From Eledone cirrhosa (taxonomy: Eukaryota), in contig OZ024744.1 of the NCBI GenBank assembly GCA_964016885.1, forward strand, positions 118,916,001 to 118,980,000: 64,000 nt of DNA, in the 5' to 3' direction. The notes under the pieces are model-generated. The model was not told the origin of the DNA and made no database searches. It saw nothing but the letters and a program-made list of their open reading frames with translations. The position numbers and the translations under genes are program-made. Below, piece after piece: positions 23,040-35,371 of the stretch. Within the stretch, counting starts at the first letter, position 1; each line of letters starts with the position of its first letter.

Positions 23040-25470
23040 TAGAGAGAGAACTTGTCTGAGAATGTGTGTTGTTCCTAGTAGCCAGATCTTCTGTAGCTCA
23101 TATTTGCTGATCTTGCATGGGAAGGACGCTAAGGTGTAGGTCTGAGGATTTGGGTATTAATCCTAATGCCCCTATTACCCCAGGGATAGTGTTTGTGGTC
23201 ATCCTCCATTTGTGGTTGATCTCTATTTCCAGGTCTTTGTATTTTGACAGTTTCTCCATTGTTTTTATAGATGTATTCTTGTCAGCTGGTATGGAAATAT
23301 CTATAAGGCTACATGTCTGATCTGTTTTGTTTTTATGATATCTGGTCTGTTGGCAGCAATTTCTTGGTTGATTATCACAGGCATATCCTACAAGATGGAT
23401 ATGTTAATTTTTTTCATTACTGTTTTTGGTTGATGTTCATACCATTTGTTAGAAGTTTGGATGTCATGAGAGTGGCAGAGCATCCAGTGCACATATCTAG
23501 CAATGCAGTCTTTGCTTTGATCTTCACGGTCATAGCTAGTTGTGCAACACTCTGTTGTTGATTTTCTATGGGTATGTCTTGCTCCATGTTCAGTTTTTGC
23601 CTACAATTTTCTTGCTTCTTTTGATATTGAGTGTAGTTTCTTAATTTGTTCATGCTTGAGTACAGGCATCAGGGGTTCATCTCAGGTGTGGTGGAGGTAG
23701 CTATCCAATCCAATGGTTTCTGTTTTGTATGCAGCTTCCAGTAGTCAAAGCCCCCTTCCACCTTCACTTTATGCAGCTTCCAGTTGTCGGAGCCCCCTAC
23801 CACCTTCTCTCCAAGAGATATACAGCCTATGTACATCAGATTTATGGTGGTGCATTTTTTCCATTGTCAATAGATTCCTTGTCTTAGTGTCCAACCTTTA
23901 TAGTTCTTGCAGATTCCAGTTTATGATGTTAAAGCTGTATGTTATAACTGGTACTGTGAGATTGTTAATGGCTTTGAACTTGTTTCAGGAGTTTAACTCA
24001 CCTTTTGTTACCAGTCTCACTCTCCTTATGTACTCCTTCCATATCTTTTCCTTCAAACTTACTTGCTGGATTCCATCTCCTTCATTAACTCCAAGATATT
24101 TGTTGAACTCTTCATTGTTAAGTTCCTTTATGGTAGTTTGTTGGTCTATGACAATATCTTTATGGTTAGAGAGCAACCCTCTCTCTTGAATGTGGCTTTT
24201 GCACACTTGTCCAGTCCAAATACCATATGGATGTCATCACTGAATTGTTTATTAATTATTATTAACATTGTTTTTCCTTTTCCTTCAGTATTGTTTCTGC
24301 TATATGCCGAGTGTCTTCCTGACACCTAGGGAAAATAAATTCATTGTATACATTGGTAAGCCAGTTAACACACCACATTGATTATAATTCTCACAAAGAT
24401 AGTGCTCTTCTCAATACGTGTGCAGTATCAGTCAAAACAAATTTTTGCACCTCTTGCAGAGAGGGTAAACCAGGAATCAACCTCAAATACTGTTCTGTTC
24501 CTTTCTTGATCATTCCCAGTCCTCCCACAATCACTGGTATTGTAACGGCCTTGAGGTGCCACATTTTCTCCATTTCAATAAGCAGATCTTTATATTTTCG
24601 TAGCTTGTCAAATTCTTTTTCCGTGATATTGTGATCACATGGGATGCTCATATCTCAGACCTTGTTATGTTGATATTTTACAATGATGTCAGGTCTATTT
24701 GCTTTTATAGTCCTGTCAGTATGTACAGGAAAGTCCCAGAGAATTGTTACTTTTTCTCCTTCAGTTACAGCCTCAGGGTGATGATTGTACCACTTGTCTT
24801 CAGCTTTGATTTTATGCCAACATATTACTCTGTAGATATTGGCCAATTCTGTCTATATTTGTACTCTACTGGGGCTAAACCTTTACATCCAGAAACTAGG
24901 TGGTCCACTGTTTCAACCTCAACATTTCAGAATTGGCACTTTGGATTTACTCCATTTCTCATCACATTGGCCTGGTAATTCCGTGTTAGTACGCTTTGAT
25001 CTTGGGCAGCTAAGATGAAGCCTTCATTCTCTGCTTTTAAGCCCTGAGCTACGTAGCCACTGATGTGTGTACTTTTGGTCAACATCAACTTGTTTGCTAC
25101 GGGTCACATATTTGCCATGCAGAGGTTTCTGCTCCCAATTTGATGCTAATTGTTCTTGTCCTTTTGCCAATTTTATGTGTTTAGCAGCATCAATTGTAAT
25201 TGTTTCTTTAGTCTGTCCAGCCTGGGGATCAAGCATGAGATCAGTAGCATATTCTTTGCTCTCCTTCAAGATAGAATGAAGCTTCTTACTTCTCATGTTT
25301 TTCAACAAGTTTCAGCATACTGTCGTTTGTTGTTTCAAGGTATTTGGCCAGTCCAATAGTGGTGGTCTTGTAGGTAAATTCAAATTGGATCAGGTCATGG
25401 CCTCCTTGAGTTCTAGGAAGGTAAAGATGATCCACATCTGCTTTTGGGTGGTGCATCCTATTACAAGTCA
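23040..25470 (-). mobile_element. Fragments of at least two R4/Dong-clade non-LTR retrotransposons (RT C-terminus and RLE endonuclease)
   Basis: KYLGVNEGDGI...KEYIRRVRLV, HHPKADVD.LYLPR, ILWDFPVHTDRTIKANRPDII, SIPCD...EKEFDKLRKYKDL...TIPVIVGGLG. The RLE region occurs twice (24391-24850 and ~23050-23450). Confidence 0.85.
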
Positions 25471-26251
25471 ATAACTTTACTATTATTATTATAAATATAT
25501 ATAAAGAAATCATTATTATAAATATATATTTATTTATCTACTAAACAAAAGTTATACAATAATGAAAATATTAAAAAAGAGTAAAAGCAAAATTAAGAAA
25601 TGGTAGCAAAGAAGGGCAAATCTTGGAGTATAGGAAAGGAAAGAACTATAAATGTCATATAGGAGATGAAGGACTAGTAGACAAAGGAAGAAAGAAAGAG
25701 GGAAGGGGACAGGGTGACAGACTCTACACCTAGGTTAGAGTGGTGTTTCGGCTGAGCCCCACAATCAAAATGGCCAGTGACACCTGCTACATCAGCCATC
25801 CCACCTCACAGAGCTCCTTTCTCAGATGGGCTGTTGTTGCTCTAATTTTACGGACGAGGTCAGCCGTACATTCTTCTTCTTATTATTCTATTTTGTTGTT
25901 ATTGTTACTGTTGTTGTTCTTGTTAAACCCCAGGTCAGATCTGATCAAGCAAACATGATCAAAAGCACTCCAGGTGTGATCATCTTCTATTTTTAGAGGT
26001 ATCTAAACTAGTAATTGGTACCTATTGCTAAATTGTAGCCTATTGTTATATTCCATTGCAAAATTGTACTTGCTAGCAGGGAAAGTGGATATTAAAACGA
26101 CAATGATGATGATGATGTTAAATTGTAGCCTATTGTTAAATTGTAACCTATTTCTAAATTGTAGCTTATTGCTAAATCAACTTAAAATATTATTTGAAAT
26201 TGAGAGTATTTCTTTAAAATAAATCTAATTTAACACAAAATATATTTCCAG

Positions 26252-26344
26252 GTTTGGGGTTGTGGAGGACCAAAAGCTTTGGAAGCTCAAGTAAAGCAGA
26301 AACAGTGGGAAATAAACGACACGCAAAAACACAAAGTTAAAAAG
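26252..26344 (+). CDS. TLDc protein exon E: VWGCGGPKALEAQVKQKQWEINDTQKHKVKK
   Basis: tttccag acceptor, AAG|gtaaat donor; completes the TLDc terminal E-V-W-G motif, followed by the Rtc5-like GCGG...Q...WE helix. Confidence 0.93.
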
Positions 26345-26387
26345 GTAAATAATAAAATATTTCAAACATAATTAGTATTTCTATGTA

Positions 26388-26481
26388 TATAATAGTATAG
26401 TATAGTGTAGTGTAGCATAATGTAGTATAGTGTAGTGTAGTATAGTATAGTATAGTATAGTGTAGTGTAGTATAGTATAGT
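26388..26481. repeat. (TAGTA/TAGTG)n pentamer microsatellite
   Basis: Seen directly; continues after the Helitron insertion. Confidence 0.9.
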
Positions 26482-26482
26482 A

Positions 26483-27193
26483 CTAGCAGAATGGCCCGGC
26501 GTTGCTCGGGATTCTAAACATAGATTGGCATCTTTCTGAAACAGTTTCGTCGTATGTTCACCACTTGATGCAGAAGTCCTAATAAAAAGGGAAGTCACCT
26601 TGGGTGAATAGGCAAATAAGTTTCCATTGAGATTTTTCATGTTGTTTTTGCTGTTGTTGAGCCTCGTGAAATAAATGTTTGTTTATATTTGGTTATTGTG
26701 TATGCAAAAATATCTGTACACGAATATATAATTATTTATATATATATATTAAAATAACAGATTAAAGTTTAAGCGAAGAATCGCTGCTTTCACCCTTAAC
26801 GGGATCTTCTGAAACTAAAATAATCAATCTGTGAATGCAGAAGTAAATATTTCGAAAAACTTTCCACACTATATATATATACACACACACACTATATATA
26901 CACACACACACACAGATAGTGTCATAATGTCGTAATGTAGACAGCAAGACATAGAGACAGATATTATAAGAGCACGACGTCGTAGCTATGTATCTATCTA
27001 AAAGACAGACTAAGGAAAGACAGAAAGATCGCTAAATCAACTAATGCGGCATTGAAAATTTGAAATATTTTTTGCTCAAAACACTCACATGACGAGAAAT
27101 ATTACATGTGTAAAGTTTGAAAACAATCGGTTGGGTGGTTCACGAGTTTTAGGGAGTCAGACAGACAGACATTCTCTGTTTTAGATATATAGA
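26483..27193 (-). mobile_element. Non-autonomous Helitron-like element (~710 bp)
   Basis: Minus strand starts TCTATATATC and ends hairpin cccgagcaacgccggg...CTAG; inserted between A and T in a pentamer tract; (gaca)n near its 5' end. Confidence 0.8.
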
Positions 27194-27194
27194 T

Positions 27195-29370
27195 AGGGTA
27201 GTATAGTATAGTGTAGTATAGGATAGTACAGTATAGTGGAGTGTAGGATAGTCTAGTATATCATACTATAGTATAGTGTAGTGTAGTGTAGTGTAGTGTA
27301 TGTAATGTAGTGTGGTGTAGTGTACTATACTGTAGTGTAGTGTTGTATAGTGTAGTGTGCTATAGTATAATGTAGTGTAGTGAAGTGAAGTGTGGTGTAG
27401 TATAGTCTAGTGTAATGTGGTGTAGTGTAGTGTAATGTGATGTAGTATAGTATAATGTGGTGTAGTGTAGTATAGTCTAGTGTAATGTGATGTATAGTGT
27501 AGTATAGTATAATGTGGTGTAGTATAATGTAGTGTGGTGTAGTGTAGTATCGTGTGGTGTAGTGTATTATAGTGTAGTATGTGTAGTGTAGTGTAGTACA
27601 GTGTAGTATAGTGTAGTGTAGTATAATGTAGTGTAGTATAGTATATTATAATATAGTGTAGTGTAGTATAATGTAGTGTAGTATATTATAATATAGTGTA
27701 GTGTAGTGTAGTATATTATAATATAGTGTAGTGTAATGTGGTGTGGTGTAGTGTAGTATAGTATAGTGTAGTGTAATGTGGTGTAGTATAATGTGTGGTG
27801 TGGTGTGGTGTAGTGTATGTAATGTAGTATAGTATAATGTAATGTACCACACTGGTGTAGTGTAGTTTAGTGTAGTGTAATGTGGTGTAGTATAGTGTTG
27901 TGTAATGTAGTATAGTGTAGTTTAGTGTGGTGTGGTGTAGTATAATGTAGTGTAATATAGTATAGTGTAGTATCGTGTGGTGTTGTGTAGTATGTGTAGT
28001 ATAGTGTAGTGTAGTACAGTGTAGTATAGTATAATGTAGTGTAGTGTAGTATATTATAATATAGTGTAGTGTAGTGTAGTGTAATGTGGTGTGGTGTAGT
28101 ATAATGTGTAGTGTGGTGTGGTGTAGTGTATGTAATGTAGTATAGTATAATGTAATGTACCACACTGGTGTAGTGTAGTTTAGTGTAATGTGGTGTAGTA
28201 TAGTGTTGTGTAGTTTAGTGTAGTATAATGTAGTGTGGTGTGGTGTAGTATAATGTAGTGTTGTGTAGTGTAGTGAAGTATATTGTAGTGTGGTGTAGTA
28301 TATTGTAGTGTGGTGTGGTGTAGTGAAGTATAAGATAGTGTTGTGTAGTGTAGTATAGTATAGTACAGTGTAGTGTATAATAGCGTACTGTAGTGTGGTG
28401 TATTATAGTGTAATGTAGTGTACTATAGTGTAGTATAGTATGGTGTATTGTAGTGTTCTATAGTGTCGTGTAGTGTAGTATATTTTAATGTAGTGTAGTG
28501 TGGTGTAATGTAGTTTAGTGTAGTGTAATGTACTATAGTATCGTGTAGTGCACTATAGTGTAGTGTAATGTGGTGTAGTATAGTGTAGTTTAGTGTGGTA
28601 TAATGTAGTGTGGTGTGGTGTGGTGTAGTGTAATGTACTATACTGTAGTGTAGTGTAGTGTTGTATAGTATAATGTAGTGTAGTCTAGTGGAGTATAGTG
28701 TAGTCTAATGTGGTGTAGTGTAGTGTGGTGTGGTGTAGCGTAGTGTAGTATTATGTAGTGTGGTGTGGTGTAGTGTAGTATAATGTAGTTTAGTGTGGTA
28801 TAGTGAAGTATATTGTAGTGTAGTATAATGTAGTTTGGTGAAGTGTAATGTAGTGTAGTGTTGTATAGTGTAGTGTAGTATAATGTAGTATAGTGTGGTG
28901 TAGTGTAATGTAGTATAATGTAGTATAGTTTAGTGTAGTGTAGTATATTGTAGTGTTGTATAGTGTAATGTAATGTAGTATAGTGTGGTGTAGTGTAGTA
29001 TAGTATAGTGAAGTATATTGTAGTGTAGTGTAGTATAATGTAGTGAGTTGTAATGTTGTATAAGGTAGTGTAGTTTAGTATGGTGTAGTGTGGTGTAGTA
29101 TAGTACAGTGTAGTGTAGTGTAGTATAGTGTGGTGTAGTGTACTATAGCGTCCTGTAGGGTAGTGTAATGAGGTATAGTGTAGTACAGAGTAGTGTACTA
29201 TAGTGTAGTATTGTATGGTGTATTGTAGTATAGTTTTGTGTTGTGTAATGTAGAATGGTGTGGTGTAGTATAGCGGAGTGTAGTATAATGTAGTATAGTA
29301 TATTTTAATGTAATGTTGTGTGGTGTAGTATAGTGTAGTATAGTGCAGTCTAGTATAGTATAGTATAGTG
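27195..29370. repeat. Degenerate (TAGTG)n pentamer microsatellite
   Basis: Seen directly. Confidence 0.95.
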
Positions 29371-29509
29371 AAGGCACATGGCTTAGTGGTTAGAGCATTG
29401 GGCTGGCAATCGAAAGGTTGTGAGTTCGATTCTCAGACTAGGTGATATGTTGTGTCCTTCAGCAAGATACTTTATTTCACATCACTCCAGTTTATTCAGC
29501 TGTAGAAAT

Positions 29510-30537
29510 GAGTTGTGATGTCACTGGTACTAAGCTGTATCAGACATTATCTGTCTCTTGGACAACATCATATATAATATATATAGTATATATATAGTTG
29601 TGATGTCACTGGTACCAAGCTGTATCAGACATTACCTTTCCCTTGGACAACATCATATATAATATATATAGTATATATATAGTTGTGGTGTCACTGGTAC
29701 CAAGCTGTATCAGACATTACTTTTCTCTTGGACAACATAATATATAATATATATAGTATATATATAGTTGTTATGTCACTGGTACCAAGCTGTATCAGAC
29801 ATTACCTTTCTCTTGGACAACATCATATATAATATATATAGTATATATATAGTTGTGATGTCACTGGTACCAAGCTGTATCAGACATTACCTTTCCCTTG
29901 GACAACATCATATATAATATATATAGTATATATATAGTTGTGGTGTCACTGGTACCAAGCTGTATCAGACATTACTTTTCTCTTGGACAACATAATATAT
30001 AATATATATAGTATATATATAGTTGTTATGTCACTGGTACCAAGCTGTATCAGACATTACCTTTCTCTTGGACAACATCATATATAATATATATAGTATA
30101 TATATAGTTGTGATGTCACTGGTACCAAGCTGTATCAGACATTACCTGTCCCTTGGACAACATCATATATAATATATATAATATATATAGTATATATATA
30201 GTTGTGATGTCACTGGTACCAAGCTGTATCAGACATTACCTTTCCCTCGGACAACTTCATATATAATATATATATATAGTATATATATAGTTGTGATGTC
30301 ACTGGTACCAAGCTGTATCAGACATTACCTTTCCCTTGGACAACTTCATATATAATATATATATATAGTATATATATAGTTGTGATGTCACTGGTACCAA
30401 GCTGTATCAGACATTACCTTTCCCTTGGACAACATCATATATAATATATATAGTATATATATAGTTGTGATGTCACTGGTACCAAGCTGTATCAGACATT
30501 ACCTTTCCCTTGGACAACATCATATATAATATATATA
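29510..30537. repeat. ~85-bp tandem array (SINE-derived core plus AT spacer), left block, ~12 copies
   Basis: agttgtgatgtcactggtaccaagctgtatcagacattacctttcccttggacaacatc plus atatataatatatatagtatatatat; period 85 (29851 to 29936). Confidence 0.95.
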
Positions 30538-31943
30538 TCATCATCATCATCATCATCATCAGCGTTTAACGTCCGTGTTCCACGCTTGCATGGGTTTGGA
30601 CGGGGGTAGTCCCACTTGAGGCAAGAGTGATTGTCTTGCTCGCATAGGACTGTCTGGCAGGTTTTCTACAGTTGGATGCCCTTCCTAACACCAACCACAT
30701 TTACAGTGTGGGTCTGGGAGGTTTTTACCGTGTTGCCTACACGGCCACATTACAGCGTGGACTGTGTGTTTTTTTGTCGTGACACCTACACGATCTCATT
30801 TGTTTCGGCCTCGATGGCGCGGCACCAACATAACTTTACATAGAACGGGGTGGTGTGGATCGGGTGGGGGTGGTGGGACGGGGTGTATTTGTTAGAGATG
30901 CCTACTGGCTGGAGTAGGTTTTACTATATATTTAGGTAAGGCGGGTCTTCTCTGTTACTGAGTACCGCCAAAGGTCTCGGTCCAGTGACATTGTCTTGGA
31001 GAGGTGTAAGTGTGTGATGTCGGAGTTTATCAGCTCGTCCCAGGTTTTTCTAGGTCTGCCTATTCCGTGACTACCGTCTATCTTTATTGCCCTGCACTTT
31101 GTTATACAGCTATCGACTTTCATGCGCATCACGTGTCCATACCAACGTAGTCTTCTCTCGAGTAAACAACATCTGATCCCTCTTATCTCTAATTTATTCC
31201 TTAGTTCGTTTATGCTTTGCCGTTCACGTATATTACTGTTACACATCCAGCGGAGCATGCAAGCTTCGTTCCTCTCTAGTCTGCGTATATCCTCTGCACA
31301 CAATGCCCAGGTCTCACTGCCATGCAGCATTGCTGTTCGTATGCAGGCATCGTACAACCTGCCTTTCATTTTTAGTGAGAACCCTTTAGCAGCTAATAGT
31401 GGTATAAGCTCTCTGAACTTTTTCCAACCAGTTCTGACTCTAGCTACAGTACTTTCAGAGCACCCTCCCCCACTGCTGATTTTATCGCCCAGGTAACGGA
31501 AGCTGTCCACTATTTCTATAGAACCCTCTGCGCAATTGAAAGAGCTAGTAGTTTGTGGGCACTTGCTGCTACTTATTGCACCAGAGCACCGGCCACATGT
31601 AAAATCTATGTTCTTAGTTAGCCTACCTGTGATCCCACTACATCTTTTATGCACCCATACTTTGCATTTAGGACATAAAATGGAGTTTCTACCTACGCCT
31701 TTCCTACACACCGAGCACGACCATTTCCCAGAAGGGACCGCCGCCTTGTTTTCTTTCCTACAAACTAGTACTTTGGTCTTAGCCAGGTTAATTTTAAGTC
31801 CTTTTGACTCTAGGCCGTGCTTCCATGTTTGGAATTTCTTCTCTAGCTCGGCCATTGATTCCGCTATGAGTGTCAGGTCGTCTGCGTATAGGAGTTCCCA
31901 TGGGCAGCCTGTCTTGAACTCCTCTGTTATGGCCTGAAGGGCA
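30538..31943 (-). mobile_element. 5'-truncated RTE LINE (RT C-half, PHD-like finger, 3' UTR, (GAT)n tail)
   Basis: Open ORF 30932-31855 closely similar to 13801-14685; YADD just upstream; tail seen as tcatcatcat at 30538. Confidence 0.95.
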
Positions 31944-31944
31944 A

Positions 31945-33810
31945 TATAGTTGTGATGTCACTGGTACCAAGCTGTATCAGACATTACCTTTCTCTTGGAC
32001 AACATCATATATAATATATATAGTATATATATAGTTGTGATGTCACTGGTACCAAGCTGTATCAGACATTACCTTTCCCTTGGACAACATCATATATAAT
32101 ATATATAGTATATATATAGTTGTTATGTCACTGGTACCAAGCTGTATCAGACATTACCTGTCCCTTGGACAACATCATATATAATATATATAATATATAT
32201 AGTATATATATAGTTGTGATGTCACTGGTACCAAGCTGTATCAGACATTACCTTTCCCTTGGACAACATCATATATAATATATATAGTATATATATATAG
32301 TTGTGATGTCACTGGTACCAAGCTGTATCAGACATTACCTGTCCCTTGGACAACATCATATATAATATATATATAGTATATATATAGTTGTGATGTCACT
32401 GGTACCAAGCTGTATCAGACATTACTTTTCTCTTGGACAACATCATATATAATATATATAGTATATATATAGTTGTGATGTCACTGGTACCAAGCTGTAT
32501 CAGACATTACCTTTCCCTTGGACAACATCATATATAATATATATATATAGTATATATATAGTTGTGGTGTCACAGGTACCAAGCTGTATCAGACATTACC
32601 TTTCTCTTGGACAACATCATATATAATATATATAGTATATATATAGTTGTGATGTCACTGGTACCAAGCTGTATCAGACATTACCTTTCTCTTGGACAAC
32701 ATCATATATATAATATATATATAGTATATATATAGTTGTGATGTCACTGGTACCAAGCTGTATCAGACATTACCTTTCTCTTGGACAACATCATATATAA
32801 TATATATATAGTATATATATAGTTGTGATGTCACTGGTACCAAGCTGTATCAGACATTACCTTTCTCTTGGACAACATCATATATAATATATATATAGTA
32901 TATATATAGTTGTGATGTCACTGGTACCAAGCTGTATCAGACATTACCTTACCCTTGGACAACATCATATATAATATATATAGTATATATATAGTTGTGA
33001 TGTCACTGGTACCTAGCTGTATCAGACATTACCTTTCTCTTGGACAACATCATATATAATATATATAGTATATATATAGTTGTGATGTCACTGGTACCAA
33101 ACTGTATCAGACATTACCTTTCCCTTGGACAACATCATATATAATATATATAGTATATATATAGTTGTGATGTCACTGGTACCAAGCTGTATCAGACATT
33201 ACCTCTGCCTTGGACAACATCATATATAATATATATAGTATATATATAGTTGTGATGTCACTGGTACCAAGCTGTATCAGACATTACCTTTCTCTTGGAC
33301 AACATCATATATAATATATATAGTATATATATAGTTGTGATGTCACTGGTACCAAGCTGTATCAGACATTACCTTTCCCTTGGACAACATCATATATAAT
33401 ATATATAGTATATATATAGTTGTGATGTCACTGGTTCCAAGCTGTATCAGACATTACCTTTCTCTTGGACAACATCATATATAATATATATAGTATATAT
33501 ATAGTTGTGATGTCACTGGTACCAAGCTGTATCAGACATTACCTTTCCCTTGGACAACATCATATATATAATATATATATAGTATATATATAGTTGTGAT
33601 GTCACTGGTACCAAGCTGTATCAGACATTACCTTTCTCTTGGACAACATCATATATAATATATATAGTATATATATAGTTGTGATGTCACTGGTACCAAG
33701 CTGTATCTGACATTACCTTTCCCTTGGACAACATCATATATAATATATATATAGTATATATATAGTTGTGATGTCACTGGTACCAAGCTGTATCAGACAT
33801 TACCTGTCCC
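31945..33810. repeat. ~85-bp tandem array, right block, ~22 copies
   Basis: Same unit as 29510-30537. Confidence 0.95.
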
Positions 33811-33960
33811 TCGGGCATCATCGGCAGTGTGGAGAGGGGGCACTGGTATACATGGGTGACTGTTGGTCTTCCACAAACAACCTTGTCTGGACTTGTGCCT
33901 TGGTGGGGAACTTTCTAGGTGCAATCACATGGTCATTGTTGACCTGAAGGGGGTCTTCAA

Positions 33961-34391
33961 GTATAGTTTAGTGAGTGCAGCATAGGATATTGTAGTATGG
34001 TGCAGTGTAGTGTATTATAGTATATTGTAGTATAGTGTAGTGTAGTATAGGATATTGTAGTATGGTGCAGTGTAGTGTATTATAGTATATTGTAGTATAG
34101 TGTAGTGTAGTATAGGATATTGTAGTATGGTGCAGTGTAGTGTATTATAGTATATTTTAGTATAGGATATTGTAGTGTGGTGCAGTGTAGTGTATTATAG
34201 TATATTGTAGTATAGTGTATTGTAGTATGGTGCAGTGTAGTGTATTGTAGTATAGTGTAGTGTAATATAGGATATTGTAGTATAGTGTAGTGTAATATAG
34301 GATACTGTAGTATGGTGTATTGTAGTATAGGATATTGTAGTATGGTGTAGTGTAGTGTATTATAGTATAGTATATGATAGTATATTGTAGT
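33961..34391. repeat. TAGTG/TAGTA-derived low-complexity repeat
   Basis: Seen directly. Confidence 0.9.
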
Positions 34392-34414
34392 AAATTGAAA
34401 AATAATAATGAAAA

Positions 34415-35354
34415 TTATTGAGTACAGTGCTCAGGTGCACTACAACTCATCAAATGTGTATGTATAATACATAGAATAATGTACAAATGTCAGGAAAATG
34501 AACAGTGTATGAGTCATGAAATACGTGTGTGAGTGTATGGAGGGGGACATCAGGTGTAGTGTTGGCGAAATCAGGAAGTATGGAGGTTTTAAAGGATGCA
34601 GTGTCTCGACAGCTAACAACTGATGCAGGGAGTTTGTTCCATGCTTCAGAAACTCTGAGTGTGAAACAATGTTTCCAAAAGTCATGGGAGTTGTGCTGTT
34701 TTCTGACTTTGTTCGCATGTCCACGTGTGTTAGACACATGGAAACAAAAAAGGTACTCAGGGTTGTTGTTGGCAAGATGGTTAACAATTTTGTGGGTGTT
34801 TCCCAAGTCAGTTATCAGACATCAGTGCTTCAATGTATCCATGCCCAGGGAAGCAAGGTGTTCAAAGTATGGTAGATGCCTGATGGAGGGTATTCACTTG
34901 GTTGCACGTCTCTGAACAGTTTCCAAGCGGTCAATGTTCTGAACAAGATAGGGGTTCCAGATTGGTGATGCAAATTGTAAGTGTGGCCACACCATAACCA
35001 TTTATAGCTTTAAATAGATAGCCAGAGAGCGGCTGACAAAGGTCTTGCTGAGTGATGCCAAGACACCCTCAGCCCTCTTGACAATTTTAGATACGTGCTT
35101 TGTCCAACGCAAATCACAGCTGACTAATGCCCAGGTCACGTTCAAAAAGAAGACTTCTTGATATCAGTGTTGTGGAGGCAGTATGTGGACGCTGGGTTTT
35201 TACTCCCAAAATGCATGGTGGTACACTTGTCCACAGCCAGCTTGAGTTGCCAGTCCATGATCCATTGTTGCATTGTGTTCAGGTCTGATTGCAGGAAAGA
35301 TCTATAGTGTTCAGGATCTGTCCTTTTTATGTCAAGGTACAGCTTGATGTATTG
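34415..35354 (-). mobile_element. CR1-clade LINE 3' fragment
   Basis: IKLY, PHLQFASPIWNPY...LETVQRRATK, NTRGHANK...FTLRVSEAWNKLP: canonical CR1 ORF2 C-terminal motifs. Confidence 0.88.
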
Positions 35355-35371
35355 TAGTATATTGTGGCTAT

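Larger units (their letters stand above)
29372..33958 (+). mobile_element. One tRNA-derived SINE (head 29372-29510, tail 33810-33958) inflated by an internal tandem array and an RTE insertion
   Basis: A box tggcttagtggttagagc, B box gagttcgattc, body gtgtccttcagcaagatac; non-repetitive sequence resumes after the last unit at ~33810 and the pentamer tract returns at ~33961. Confidence 0.75.

Noticed and set aside
27646-28165. Y/T/H-rich ORFs
   Set aside because: Pentamer microsatellite translation.
29372-29445. tRNA gene (also 42076-42150)
   Set aside because: A and B boxes are present but there is no convincing cloverleaf, and the sequence continues into a SINE body.
29510-33810. Repeat-spacer array resembling CRISPR
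   Set aside because: Spacers are only TA-length variants and the constant part is SINE body.
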